Shown: positions 1-11,143, counted from the stretch's first letter. The stretch: 64,000 bases of DNA from Promethearchaeota archaeon (GCA_016840085.1 JAEOTA010000084.1:10401-74400); one strand, 5' to 3'. The notes: generated from the sequence alone by a model not told the origin. Made by a program: numbers and translations.

Positions 1-624
1 TATGAAGTCTTTTAAAAGTACATATATTATCGGGCTAATTTTTAATTTAATTGAATATTTATTGTTTTTTAACAATATATTTCTATTTTTATATATAAGA
101 TTTTTTTTTTTTTATGTATTCTAATCATATCTTTTTTATTGTTTAATTTAAAAATAATTGGAGGAAGCGATGGAAAACTATTTATATTAATTTTTTTAAT
201 ACAACCTATTCAAAATTTAAATATAAATTGTGTTTTCTTATTCTTCTTATCATTCTCGATTTTATTTATTATCATTTTTTTATTAAACCTATTGATTAAT
301 AGTATTTTTATAAATTGCAATGCATTCATTATTTTATTTAGTTCAAATTTAAAAATATCAATTTTACAGAAATTTTTTTTAAAATCTTTCTTTAAGTTTT
401 TTAACTTTTCAGATTTAAATAAAAATATGAGTATGAAGAATCCTGTAAGATCATTAATTTTGATTTATAATAACGAAAAGCAAAAATTCCAAATATTATG
501 TCAATATCGACCTCCACTGATTATAATCATAATTCTATCTTATACCATACTATTATATTTAACAATTTGTTATTAATTATTTTACTTCGAATTAATTTTA
601 AATTTAATAATTTTTATTAATTTA

Positions 625-1053
625 ATGAATTTTAATGATTTGTATTGTGAAAAGCAAAAGATGGAGATTGAAAAAACAAGAGAAACTTCATGGAAAATTC
701 AATTAAAGAACAATAAAGAAAATATTGAAATAACTTCTGTGGAAATTAGTGGAGAAGTCAGGATTATAAAATTAGCATTATTTGATAATGAAAACTCTTT
801 AAAAGTCGAGATGAGTAAAGAAGAATTTTTCAACTTTCTTTCTTTAATTTCAGCATTTAAAGATGTTGTAATAGGAGAAGAGTCCGTTTTTTTGGATGAA
901 GATTCGGATTTAATTGAAAATGAACATTTAGGGATTCAAGAAGTTTTAGACTCAAATGATTTTTTATCTAAGATTAATGATGAATCCGCAGAAAAAGACA
1001 TAGATGATAATACTGGAGAAGAATTAAACCCTGAAGAATGGGATCCTTGGTAA
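625..1053 (+). CDS. Hypothetical protein with acidic C-terminal tail (ends PEEWDPW); true start may be ATG 661
   Basis: ORF track; natural amino-acid composition; convergent with the V4R gene. Confidence 0.7.
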   Translation: MNFNDLYCEKQKMEIEKTRETSWKIQLKNNKENIEITSVEISGEVRIIKLALFDNENSLKVEMSKEEFFNFLSLISAFKDVVIGEESVFLDEDSDLIENEHLGIQEVLDSNDFLSKINDESAEKDIDDNTGEELNPEEWDPW

Positions 1054-1059
1054 TATATT

Positions 1060-1551
1060 TCACATTTTTTTCATTTCAATTTTATATTCACAAAATTCTA
1101 AATTGGTATCTTCAATACAACACTGATTTTCAATAACATTTACTTTATATAAAGCAAATTCTCCAAAACCAGTTAATAATCCCGTTATGAAATAACAGAA
1201 ATATTTTGATTTATTTTCTAATTCTGAGGAAATATTATGAAAGAGATTAATGATAATCAAATCATCACTTATTTTTTTAGGAACAAATCGGCCCCACCCG
1301 TGATTAGTTATTATATTACAGAATTGATTTACTAAATCATCTAAAGATTTTGATTTTAAATTTTCATCCCAATTCTGAATTAATGTCCAACCTGCTTTTT
1401 TACCAAGCCAAACCAATAAAGATTTCACACCTTCACCGTAAATAGATGATAATATATCAATTACTTGTGGTGGAAAAAATACAAAGCGGTCATTAAACAA
1501 CTCGTATTTGCCTTTATTGTATTTTAAACCTTTGATTTTTAAAGTTTTCAT
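1060..1551 (-). CDS. V4R domain-containing protein
   Basis: LGKKAG...GWG...C.FITGLLTG...E..C......CEY pattern typical of V4R. Confidence 0.8.
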   Translation of the reverse strand: MKTLKIKGLKYNKGKYELFNDRFVFFPPQVIDILSSIYGEGVKSLLVWLGKKAGWTLIQNWDENLKSKSLDDLVNQFCNIITNHGWGRFVPKKISDDLIIINLFHNISSELENKSKYFCYFITGLLTGFGEFALYKVNVIENQCCIEDTNLEFCEYKIEMKKM

Positions 1552-1729
1552 AATTATTATCAGCTTTTTTTATTATATAATATTTTCTAACGCTATCTAC
1601 CTTTCTAAAAAAATATATCTTTAAAACATAAAAAAATGAAATAAACTAAAAATTCTGAGAAAAATCTAGATTTTTAATTTTATCTTAAGTTGAGACCTTT
1701 AAATAATTCAATAATAATCTAATTATTGA

Positions 1730-2029
1730 ATGATAGAATTAGATATATTAATTTTAGAGATTTATGTAATTTTAGCTATATTTATACTTATTTTTATATA
1801 TTCGGTAATTGCAACCGATACTGTGATAACTTTATTAGCATTTATAATGTTCTTAATTTTCTTAATTCCTTTCAATTTGCTATTAGAAAAATTAGAACTT
1901 CTAATATTTGTTAACAATTTTGAAAATTATAGTTTTTTCAGACTAGTTTTTTTTTATTCAATTCTTATAACTTTTTTCATAGGGATATTCTTATTTATTG
2001 AATTAATATATCTTACATTTTTATGCTAA
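1730..2029 (+). CDS. Small membrane protein (about 3 TM)
   Basis: ORF with three hydrophobic segments. Confidence 0.55.
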   Translation: MIELDILILEIYVILAIFILIFIYSVIATDTVITLLAFIMFLIFLIPFNLLLEKLELLIFVNNFENYSFFRLVFFYSILITFFIGIFLFIELIYLTFLC

Positions 2030-2056
2030 TTAAATAATTACTTGATTATGTGTAAT

Positions 2057-3577
2057 TTAAATAAAGCTAAGAATACTTGTAAACGAGATTAAAAAGCTTA
2101 AAGTAAAAACTATATTTGTTGTCAATATTAAAATAAGTCTTTTATTATAATTAATGATCTTTAAGAAATAGTTAGTAGTAATTGAGACACTTGATAACAA
2201 AACTATTAAAATTCCTGCCATATTGAAAAGATTTACAGGAGTATTAAGGACACTCAAAAAATAATTATTATTTAAGCTAATATTTTTCATTATTCCTGTT
2301 AAAATAGGGAAAAATCCTGAGATTCCACCAATTATTATAGGTAAAAGGAAGATAAAGAAAAAAATCTTAAATTTTTCTCCTTTAATTATTATTTCCAATT
2401 TTCTTTCAAGTTTTTGATGTTTATTTATTAATTTTAAGATTTCAAAAATTTTATCAGCGGAAAAGTAAGAATCTCTTTTAATAAATTTTTCAATCACCTC
2501 TAATAACATACTATAACGTATCGTTTGTAATTCTAACTTTAAATTCTCAATAATTTCATCAAAAGAGTTAGAGAAATTTAAAAGCCAAGCTATTTGATTT
2601 TGTAAGGGTTTTTTTAATAGTATTATGAATTTTTTAGTTTGAGAATAAGATTTAAAGAAAGCTTGTTCAGGTGATGCATTATTTTTTAGATTAAAAGCAA
2701 AACTTTTTAGAAAAACTAAAAATTCATCAAATTTTTTTCTTTCAAAATTTGAATATTCATTTAAAAGTCCAATCATATAAGAATTTTTTCTCATAAATTT
2801 TCGAAATAATAAATTTAGAGAGAATAAAAAGAATGGAATGAAAAAGATTAAAAATAAAAAATTAACTATTTGGAATAAAATTAAAAAACATAAACCAATT
2901 GGAGAAAATAACCCTATAAAAAATATTATGCTAATTTTTGACTGTAGTTCCCTTAAATAGATTTTAAATCGCTTTTCTAAAGGATAACTATTATAGTCAT
3001 TTGAATTATTAAAAAAATTATTTAGCACAAGATTTTTTAGATAGTTGTTAAATTCATTTGAAGGTGTTATTATTCTAGTTAATTCTTTTTCTGGTAATCT
3101 ACCTTCATGAATTCTATTGAAAATATTTTTAAAATATGAAGAAAGAGGACTTCTAGAATTTTTAATTATTTTTATGAAATGAAGACAGTAATCAGAAGTT
3201 TTCTTTAAAGTCATTTCAATTAAAGAAAATTCAATTCTAATCAAATGAAGCATAGCATTAATCGATGATTCATTTCTATTAATCTCCTGATAAAGAATCA
3301 AATTAAATTTGTAAGAAACTATTATTGAAATCATAATTGAAAATAGAAATAAGATTAAAACATTTATAGACGTTAAAAGTATTGATAATATTAGAAAGGT
3401 AATTAATGAAGTTAAAAAGATTATAAAACTAGCTTTATTTATATCATCTGCTTCAATGTTATAAAGTTTTTTATAGATTTTATAGTACCTTTCATCTAAT
3501 TCTTTGAATCTTAATTTTGGTAATTTATATTTATTAAATTTCCTACATAAGTCAATATAATTTTCAAGGTTTATCAT
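2057..3577 (-). CDS. Type IV pilus/T2SS F-family membrane platform protein (TadB/TadC/ArlJ-like, two-domain)
   Basis: Two soluble domains alternating with TM pairs; co-oriented downstream of a secretion ATPase. Confidence 0.7.
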   Translation of the reverse strand: MINLENYIDLCRKFNKYKLPKLRFKELDERYYKIYKKLYNIEADDINKASFIIFLTSLITFLILSILLTSINVLILFLFSIMISIIVSYKFNLILYQEINRNESSINAMLHLIRIEFSLIEMTLKKTSDYCLHFIKIIKNSRSPLSSYFKNIFNRIHEGRLPEKELTRIITPSNEFNNYLKNLVLNNFFNNSNDYNSYPLEKRFKIYLRELQSKISIIFFIGLFSPIGLCFLILFQIVNFLFLIFFIPFFLFSLNLLFRKFMRKNSYMIGLLNEYSNFERKKFDEFLVFLKSFAFNLKNNASPEQAFFKSYSQTKKFIILLKKPLQNQIAWLLNFSNSFDEIIENLKLELQTIRYSMLLEVIEKFIKRDSYFSADKIFEILKLINKHQKLERKLEIIIKGEKFKIFFFIFLLPIIIGGISGFFPILTGIMKNISLNNNYFLSVLNTPVNLFNMAGILIVLLSSVSITTNYFLKIINYNKRLILILTTNIVFTLSFLISFTSILSFI

Positions 3578-3590
3578 AAAATTGAAAGGT

Positions 3591-4013
3591 TTAATATAAA
3601 TTAATAAAATTTACAATAATATATGATGATGAGTAAGATACGTTAAGATGGTATAACTTTGATGGAATATTAAAAAAGGATTTTTTATAAAAACTAGTAT
3701 TATAAACTAAAATTTTGTTATAAATCTCGTTATTGATTATAAATGTGCAAATAATATAGTACTCATTAAAAGTAATGTTAAATTTACAGGGATAATTAAT
3801 TTCCCTAAGATAATCCTCTTCAGGATTTTGTATGACAAATTGAACAGCTTGATCAATTTCACTAATAAAAATCATATATGACTCTAAATCTGTGGTCTTA
3901 GTTTTATTAAATTCTGAAACTTGATCTAAAAAAGGAATTACTATAGAAATAAAAATCGTCAATGTAAAAATTCCAAAGCCTAATAACAATGACTTCTCTA
4001 ATAAATTTGTCAT
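3591..4013 (-). CDS. Pilin-like protein (N-terminal hydrophobic helix with Glu at mature +5)
   Basis: MTNLLEKSLLLGFGIF followed by a TM helix and beta-rich domain; lies between ATPase and platform genes. Confidence 0.6.
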   Translation of the reverse strand: MTNLLEKSLLLGFGIFTLTIFISIVIPFLDQVSEFNKTKTTDLESYMIFISEIDQAVQFVIQNPEEDYLREINYPCKFNITFNEYYIICTFIINNEIYNKILVYNTSFYKKSFFNIPSKLYHLNVSYSSSYIIVNFINLY

Positions 4014-4034
4014 ATAAAGTAAAGTTAAAATTTA

Positions 4035-6212
4035 TTAATTTAAACTTCGAGTCTTTTTCCAATTGTCCCAAAAATCTTTTAATGATCCTATTGAGTTAAA
4101 TGAGTAATAAGAAATCCTATGAAATAGTTCAATTAATTCATTAATTTCAATTTTTTTGAGTTTTGATATAAATTCAAAAATATCATGATATAAGTTAATA
4201 AATATGTTGAATTTATTTAAAGACAAATCTTCATATTTTCTTAATTCAGAAATCACACCAGTGTTAAAAAGATTTTTTAATAATTTCCATTTCTTAAATT
4301 TTGGACTATATTGAAAAATTGGACTATCAAATTTACCATTTTCGCTATTACTTTTATCAATTTCGACCAATGATACAATTCTTCTTTTATTAAATTCTTT
4401 TTTCATTAAAATTATCAGATCCAAATCAAATAAACATGATTTATTAATTTTGAAATGGTAAAGAAAACGATGAATTAAAGATTCTATGTCATTTGCATGA
4501 ATAGTTTGAAAACCTTTTAATCCTGCCGCTAAACAGTGAAATAAGGCTTCTGTTTCTTCTTTAGTCAAAATTTCACCTAGATAGATTATATCAGGAGTTC
4601 TATGTAAAAGTGTCTTAATTAGGTTACTTTTTGAATAATTTTGTCTAATAAGGTCCTCTAAAGAATCAGCTTTATATTTTAACTGATGTTTACCAAATTC
4701 ATTTTGGTTTAAAGACTCAGTAATATTTTCAACATAAATCTTTCTAAATTCCTTTGGAACTAATAAATCCAATGCATTAATTAATGTTGTTTTTCCTGTA
4801 TCTGTTTCACCCGTAACTGTTATATTAATTCTTCGCAATAGATTAAAATATAAAAATGCCGCCATCAACGGGTCTAAAGTATCACATTTTAATAAATCCT
4901 GCAATGTAAGAACATTTTTATTCAATTTGCGTATATCTAAAGCAAATCCATTTATTTGGATTGGGTCAATATCAATAGCAAATCTACAATTAAAAAATTT
5001 GTTTTTTATGACGAATTTTATCTGTGGATTCATAAAATCCAATCTTTTACCACTATATAATCTTATTAATGTTTTAAGACGTTCTATATCTTTCAAATTA
5101 AATCTAATCGAAGTTCTACATCTGCCAAATTTTTGATGATTTATGTATATTTCATCATTTGGAGAATCTAAGAATATTTCTTCAATTGAATTGTCAATTA
5201 ATAATGGGAATAACTTATCTAGATTTAATTTTTTTAGCGTAGCTAAGTAAGTAATCCTTCTTTTAACAATCTTAGAGAATTTATATTTTAAATTTAAATT
5301 TTTTAATATTTCATCTTTATAAATTTCAATTAAGGTTTCAAGAGGAATAATCTGATTGAATTCTTTAACTTCAATATTTTGAATTAAATCATTGATTATT
5401 TTTTCAGAGTAATCAGTATTTTCATTTTCTTTTGAATAAAATTTAACAAAATATCTTTTTTCGTATTCAAATGGAGTTCTATATATTTGTATTTGAAAGA
5501 CATCATCTTCTCCAATTCTATACTCTGATAATAAACTAAGATTTTCGTTTAAGCAAAAATTTCCGTATGTATGGGTCTTTTCTTTTAAATAAGCAAATTT
5601 AGAGAAGATATACTCGTAAAAATTAGTAAATTTATGAGCAAAAGTCTTATTATTTTGAAATGCCTTAAAATCTTTAATAACATTTAGATTTTCAAAAAGT
5701 TTTAGAACATATTTCTCAGAATTCTTAATATACTTATAACATTTCTGACATATAGGATCAAATATAATATTGTTTTCAGATCTAATATCTCTTTTAATGA
5801 GTAAACGATATACTAAAATTGGATCGTAATACTCAAAATCTTGGATTTTATATGTTGAAGAAAAACTTGGAAAGAATTTACATTTAAATTCTCCATAATT
5901 ACATTTTTTATTCTTAATTTCTTCTATTTTTTTATTTATTTTTTTGACTTTCTTTAACTTTTTAAAATATTCTAAAAATAATTTAACATTATGATACTCA
6001 ATCGTAATATCTTTTCCTAATAAAGAAATTTCATTGATCTTTTTATTTTTATTTTTAAATAAAATAGATAGTAAACAGTAGCGACAATCTTCATTTTTAA
6101 AAAAGTTTTTATCTTTTTTAAGACATTTATTACAATCAATAAATAAAATAGCTTCTTTTATACCATCTAAATTTTCTCTTTCTTGAAAATAACTTAAATT
6201 TTTTAAGATCAT
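4035..6212 (-). CDS. Type II/IV secretion (TadA/CpaF/ArlI-like) ATPase with Cys-rich N-terminal extension
   Basis: IEEIFLD, Walker A GETDTGKT, PDIIYLGEI Walker B, TIHA His box. Confidence 0.9.
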   Translation of the reverse strand: MILKNLSYFQERENLDGIKEAILFIDCNKCLKKDKNFFKNEDCRYCLLSILFKNKNKKINEISLLGKDITIEYHNVKLFLEYFKKLKKVKKINKKIEEIKNKKCNYGEFKCKFFPSFSSTYKIQDFEYYDPILVYRLLIKRDIRSENNIIFDPICQKCYKYIKNSEKYVLKLFENLNVIKDFKAFQNNKTFAHKFTNFYEYIFSKFAYLKEKTHTYGNFCLNENLSLLSEYRIGEDDVFQIQIYRTPFEYEKRYFVKFYSKENENTDYSEKIINDLIQNIEVKEFNQIIPLETLIEIYKDEILKNLNLKYKFSKIVKRRITYLATLKKLNLDKLFPLLIDNSIEEIFLDSPNDEIYINHQKFGRCRTSIRFNLKDIERLKTLIRLYSGKRLDFMNPQIKFVIKNKFFNCRFAIDIDPIQINGFALDIRKLNKNVLTLQDLLKCDTLDPLMAAFLYFNLLRRINITVTGETDTGKTTLINALDLLVPKEFRKIYVENITESLNQNEFGKHQLKYKADSLEDLIRQNYSKSNLIKTLLHRTPDIIYLGEILTKEETEALFHCLAAGLKGFQTIHANDIESLIHRFLYHFKINKSCLFDLDLIILMKKEFNKRRIVSLVEIDKSNSENGKFDSPIFQYSPKFKKWKLLKNLFNTGVISELRKYEDLSLNKFNIFINLYHDIFEFISKLKKIEINELIELFHRISYYSFNSIGSLKDFWDNWKKTRSLN

Positions 6213-6343
6213 TTAAACTTTTTTTTGTAAAGAAAAATTTAAATAACCCTCTTTTATTCATTAATGAAAATCAGTAGAATTACATTTCAATAAAAAAATT
6301 TATTTATTTTGAAAGATTCCTAAACAAAAGTTCGTGATAAAAT

Positions 6344-7363
6344 ATGGGTCATCGAAAAAAACATGCACCAAGACATGGATCGTTAGCATTTCTGCCGAGA
6401 AAAAGAGCAGCAACAATAAAATCCCGAATAAGAAATTGGATAGATTATGGAGATGATATAAATCTTCTTGGATTTGCAGGTTTTAAGGTTGGTATGACTC
6501 ATATTATATATATTGAGGATCAACCAAACAGTCCCTACTATGGAAAAGAATTATTGAAGCCTGTGACTATTATTGAAATTCCTCCATTAGTACTCATAGG
6601 ACTTAGAGTATATAATGAAGATGAGTATGGAAAATTTATTGTTGGAGAAATTTTCATTAATGATTTTAATAAATTCCTGGCTCGAAAAATAAATCTCCCT
6701 AATAGAGAAAATTATAACAAAACAGAACTAAAAAATAAAATTTTGGAGAATTTAAATTATACCAGTGATATTAGAGGGATTTTTCAAACTCAGCCCTATA
6801 GAACCTCACTACCAAGAAAAAAACCAGATATAATAGAAATTAAGATAAATTCAATAAATCAATTTGAAGAAGAATTCAATTATTTATTTGATAAGTTAGG
6901 AAAAGAAATTAGAGCTCGAGAAGTATTAAAAGAAGGAGAGTTGGTAGATGTTATTGCTGTCACTAAAGGAAAAGGATTTCAAGGACCTGTTAAACGATTT
7001 GGTATTAAGATTTTAACCAGAAAAAATAGCAAAATCAGAAGAGCTGTAGCATGTATTGGACCTTGGCATCCTGCGAGGGTTTTATACACCGTACCTCGTG
7101 CGGGACAGCTAGGTTTTCATCAAAGAACTGAATATCATAAAAGAATTATGGTAATCGGTGAAAACGAAGAAGAAATTAATCCAAAGGGCGGGTTTATTCG
7201 TTATGGTAAAGTTCGAGGAGATTACCTATTATTATTAGGCTCTATTCCAGGATCTAAGAAAAGATTAGTAAGATTAAGGAAAACTATTCGACCTTTAGGA
7301 TCTTTTATTATTAAATCACCAGAAATTACATTTATAAGCAGAGAAAGTCAACAGAGAAAATGA
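6344..7363 (+). CDS. rpl3: 50S ribosomal protein uL3
   Basis: APRHGSLAFLPRKR, GFKVGMTH, TKGKGFQGPVKRFG, GPWHPARV motifs. Confidence 0.99.
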   Translation: MGHRKKHAPRHGSLAFLPRKRAATIKSRIRNWIDYGDDINLLGFAGFKVGMTHIIYIEDQPNSPYYGKELLKPVTIIEIPPLVLIGLRVYNEDEYGKFIVGEIFINDFNKFLARKINLPNRENYNKTELKNKILENLNYTSDIRGIFQTQPYRTSLPRKKPDIIEIKINSINQFEEEFNYLFDKLGKEIRAREVLKEGELVDVIAVTKGKGFQGPVKRFGIKILTRKNSKIRRAVACIGPWHPARVLYTVPRAGQLGFHQRTEYHKRIMVIGENEEEINPKGGFIRYGKVRGDYLLLLGSIPGSKKRLVRLRKTIRPLGSFIIKSPEITFISRESQQRK

Positions 7364-7385
7364 AATAAATTATAAGAGGGATTAT

Positions 7386-8174
7386 ATGGATAAAGTTAAT
7401 GTTTATAGTTTAGAGGGAGAAAAAAAGGATCTAGTCAATAAACCACCAATTTTTTATATTAAGCCAAGAAAAGATGTCATCCAAATGGCAAGTTCCGGCT
7501 CACAAAGTAGAGGAAAACAAATTCAGGGAAGAGATAAAGGTGCTGGTCTAAAAAATATCTCAAAAGGTTGGGGAACAGGATATGGTATGTCAAGAGCACC
7601 AAGAATAAAAGGGTCTGGTTTTCCTACAGCTCGGCATGTAGGCAGAGTTCCTTTTGCTAAAGGTGGGAGACGTACACATCCTATTAAAACCGAGAAAAAA
7701 ATCAAGAAAAAAGTTAATAAAAAAATTAACAAATTATCCATTATTTCTGCGATCTCTGCTTCTGGAGATGAAAACTGGGTGAGTTCAAGAGGTTATAAAA
7801 CTGACGATATACCTGAAATTCCTTTAGTTATTGATGATAAAATACAAACTATTAAAAAAACTAATAGAATCTATTCAATTTTATGTAATTTAGGATTAAA
7901 AAACGAGTTATTAAAAATAAAGAATGGGAAAAAAGTTAGAGCTGGAAAAGGTAAACTAAGAGGACGTAAATATAAAAACAAAAAAGGAATATTAATTATA
8001 ATAAAGGATGATTTTGGGATTATAAAAGCATCTAGAAATATTCCTGGTACAGATGTAATAACAATTGAGACCTTATCGATTAATAATTTGGCACCTGGAG
8101 GCGCCCCAGGCAGATTAATATTATGGACGCAATCAGCTTTCAATGAGTTAAATAATTTTGAGGTGCATTTTTGA
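7386..8174 (+). CDS. rpl4: 50S ribosomal protein uL4
   Basis: [32 protein letters not shown] motifs; follows uL3. Confidence 0.98.
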   Translation: MDKVNVYSLEGEKKDLVNKPPIFYIKPRKDVIQMASSGSQSRGKQIQGRDKGAGLKNISKGWGTGYGMSRAPRIKGSGFPTARHVGRVPFAKGGRRTHPIKTEKKIKKKVNKKINKLSIISAISASGDENWVSSRGYKTDDIPEIPLVIDDKIQTIKKTNRIYSILCNLGLKNELLKIKNGKKVRAGKGKLRGRKYKNKKGILIIIKDDFGIIKASRNIPGTDVITIETLSINNLAPGGAPGRLILWTQSAFNELNNFEVHF

Positions 8175-8175
8175 A

Positions 8176-8439
8176 GTGGAGAAATTTTATACTATTATAA
8201 AGAGACCTTCGATTACTGAAAAAACTTTTGATTTAATTGAAAGAGAAAATAAATTAGTATTTATTGTTAATAGAACTGCGAACAAAAACCAAATTAGAAA
8301 AGCGGTAGAAAAGATACATAATGTAAAGGTAATAAAGGTTAATACTTTGATTTCTTCAAAGGGAGAGAAAAAAGCGTTTGTTAAGCTTCATCCAGATTAT
8401 TCAGCGCAAGATATTGCAATTGATTTAGGGATATTTTAA
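8176..8439 (+). CDS. rpl23: 50S ribosomal protein uL23 (start likely GTG 8176; track gives TTG 8158)
   Basis: P.ITEK...ENKLVFIV...NKNQI..AVE...VNTLI...KKAFVKL; SD GAGGTG at 8160-8165. Confidence 0.97.
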   Translation: MEKFYTIIKRPSITEKTFDLIERENKLVFIVNRTANKNQIRKAVEKIHNVKVIKVNTLISSKGEKKAFVKLHPDYSAQDIAIDLGIF

Positions 8440-9561
8440 TTATGTCTTATTTTTAAAAATTTTGAGATCAAAATTTGAAATATTATCGAGGAGGATAACT
8501 TTGATATTTTTTAATTTGTTAATCTCTTTTATTTGAGATAATTTTTCGTAATCTAATTTATTCAATAGAAAAAAATAGATAAGATATTTTAAGTAATATT
8601 TTTTGATAATACGTTGAATATAATTCGATTCTAATATTGGTAAAATTACAATTAAAAAAGCTTGTTCAACAAGTAATAATTTATTGCTTAGCCTAGTAAA
8701 TTTGATTTTATTATTTATTAGATTTTGCTCAAATTTTGAATTGAATTTCAACAATAAAGGTAAAAAATAGTGTTCTTTAGTTATAAATAAATTGTAAAAA
8801 AACCTTAAAAGATAAGCATCATCAGAAATTCTTAATCTCCATAAGTAATTAAGTAATTTTTTAATTTTTACATTCTGTTTTTTTAGTATATTATTATCAA
8901 AGAAATTATTTACCTTTTCGGCAATATCCGAAGTATAATTAAGTTTATTACTTACTTCAACAAAATATGAGCAAATTTGTATTTCATCTATGAAATTGAT
9001 TTGAAAATTGAAGAATAAGTACCCAACTCGATTATAATTTTGAATTAGACTTGCAAATGAGTCAATAAAAGAATTTTTCTTTTCTAAATATTCTAGACTA
9101 ATTTTATAAAAATCTAATAATCTCAATCTTTTTTCATTTCTGATTAAGAGTGCCCCTGAGTTCTCTGTAATAGTTATATTAGAATTTATTTTTTCAAAAA
9201 TAACCTGTAAAAAAAGTTTTTCTAACGTACTATTTTCTAAAAATTTAATCGAAATTTCGCATTCACATAACTTTTGATAAATTATATTAAAAATTTTAGT
9301 AATTCCCTCTTTTTCTGTATCTTCAAAATTTAATAGAATTGTGTGTTTTTCTTTGGTAGCGGTATATATTTGAACAGAATAATAATGAATAAACCTTTGT
9401 CTTAAGAAATCATTCATTAATAAGATTATTGGATTAAATGTATTTGATTCAATTGCAGCAAATGCTATAAATTTGTTATTGTTGTTAAAACTTTTATAAT
9501 AAATTAAAAATCTATCAATTATATATGAAAATAATTTATATTTACCCTTTTTGACCATCAA
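8440..9561 (-). CDS. Hypothetical protein
   Basis: 373-aa ORF, no motif recognised. Confidence 0.7.
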   Translation of the reverse strand: MMVKKGKYKLFSYIIDRFLIYYKSFNNNNKFIAFAAIESNTFNPIILLMNDFLRQRFIHYYSVQIYTATKEKHTILLNFEDTEKEGITKIFNIIYQKLCECEISIKFLENSTLEKLFLQVIFEKINSNITITENSGALLIRNEKRLRLLDFYKISLEYLEKKNSFIDSFASLIQNYNRVGYLFFNFQINFIDEIQICSYFVEVSNKLNYTSDIAEKVNNFFDNNILKKQNVKIKKLLNYLWRLRISDDAYLLRFFYNLFITKEHYFLPLLLKFNSKFEQNLINNKIKFTRLSNKLLLVEQAFLIVILPILESNYIQRIIKKYYLKYLIYFFLLNKLDYEKLSQIKEINKLKNIKVILLDNISNFDLKIFKNKT

Positions 9562-9837
9562 TAATTATTTTCTGTTAAAAATATAAAAACGTATGAATTT
9601 TTTTAGTTTATTTTTTGGAATTATTTAATTAATTGTAATAAAAAAATTGGGTGAAAGTTTAGTTGATAAAATTTATTTTAGAGATCTAATTGAATGCAAT
9701 AACTAGGTCTGAGATTTGACATATCTTCTGATTTAGGTAGAGCTATTAGCTAGTTCAAATAAGAAATAATCTAATATCCAAAATTTTAAAGTATCATCGA
9801 TTTTATATTAAATTAAAATCTATCTTAGGTTTTATAT

Positions 9838-11100
9838 TTGTTAAATTCTATTAAAAAATTTTTGTATAGTTTAAATCCTGATATTATAGTTCAAGCTCCA
9901 TCAAGAATAAATCTAATAAATCCATTAGATGCTGTCGAAGGAGATTTTTGGATGCCATCTTTAGCGATAACAGGCATTAATAATCCGCTTTCTGTTTTTT
10001 TATACATAAAAAGAATTGAAAAAGAAAGTAAATTAAAAATTTATCAAGTTAAATATGTTGATAAATCACATACTATTAGGTTACTTAGTGAGGAAACATT
10101 ATTAAAAAATATAGAATTAATTAGAAAAAGATTTGCAAATAAAAATGGGTTAGTATATGCCAGTATATATAGATTCTGTAGAATTAATTCATGTTTTGAA
10201 AAGAATTATTTGAAAACTAATATTGAAATTGGCTTACTTTCAACAATTCCGCAACAAAGTGGTTTGGGGGGAAGTGCAGCAATAATTATTGCCACTCTAT
10301 ACGGATTTGCCAAATTTTTCAATTTATATAACAATTTCAATTTATTAAAATCAAATGAATTTCCAATAAATAAAGATATAATTGCTGAAATGGCAACTAA
10401 AATAGAAGATGAGGATTTAAAAATTACAGCAGGTTATGGAGATCGCTATGTAATAAGTAGAGGTGGATTATGTTTTTGTTCTTATTATGGTAAACTATAT
10501 CATAGGGAGATATCGTTAGAGCCCCTAGCTATTTATGATAGAATTGATCAAACATATGATATAAATGATATTCCTATTATTATCTGCTTTTCTGGTGTAT
10601 TCCATCAAAGCGGAAACGTTCATGGAAGATTAAGGAGGCTTTACTTAAAAAAAGATCAAAAAATATTGTATAATTATAATAAATTAGCAGAAATAGCATG
10701 GAAATCTAGATTTGCCATAATGAAACATGATTGGGTGTTATTAGGAAAATATTTTAAGGAAAATACTAAAATTATGAATTCGGTAATGCGAGATGCTGGT
10801 TTTAAATATGGGATAGGTCTAGCAAATAATATTTTAATAGAGATTGTAGAAGAGCATCCTGACGTTTATGCAGCTAAGTTAACGGGAGCTGGTGGGGGTG
10901 GTTCAGTTTTTGCATTGGTTGATCCAGAAAAAATTAATGGAGTTTTTTCATTTTGGAAAGAAAAATTAGATGATTTAATTCAAAACCAAGTGAAGTTTAC
11001 TTCAAAGTTTCCATCATATCCTATTGAAATAACGGACCAACTTAAAAATGCTCAATTCTATCAAATTAAAATTGATATTAATGGTGTGAAAAAGTTATAA
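9838..11100 (+). CDS. GHMP-family sugar kinase (glucuronokinase/heptose-kinase-like)
   Basis: APSRINL, PQQSGLGGSAA, AGYGDRY, AKLTGAGGGG motifs. Confidence 0.85.
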   Translation: MLNSIKKFLYSLNPDIIVQAPSRINLINPLDAVEGDFWMPSLAITGINNPLSVFLYIKRIEKESKLKIYQVKYVDKSHTIRLLSEETLLKNIELIRKRFANKNGLVYASIYRFCRINSCFEKNYLKTNIEIGLLSTIPQQSGLGGSAAIIIATLYGFAKFFNLYNNFNLLKSNEFPINKDIIAEMATKIEDEDLKITAGYGDRYVISRGGLCFCSYYGKLYHREISLEPLAIYDRIDQTYDINDIPIIICFSGVFHQSGNVHGRLRRLYLKKDQKILYNYNKLAEIAWKSRFAIMKHDWVLLGKYFKENTKIMNSVMRDAGFKYGIGLANNILIEIVEEHPDVYAAKLTGAGGGGSVFALVDPEKINGVFSFWKEKLDDLIQNQVKFTSKFPSYPIEITDQLKNAQFYQIKIDINGVKKL

Positions 11101-11143
11101 TCTATTATGTATTTTATAAATAAAAGTAATTAGGAGATTTAAA

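Noticed and set aside
139-576. 145-aa ORF in the track
   Set aside because: F/I/L/N-rich translation of extremely AT-rich DNA with a TTG start and no motif; probably spurious
9690-9731. Two CTGA boxes suggesting a C/D sRNA, plus a short resemblance to an SSU rRNA segment (GCAATAACTAGGTCTGAGAT)
   Set aside because: No convincing RTGATGA C box, and the match is too short to distinguish from chance
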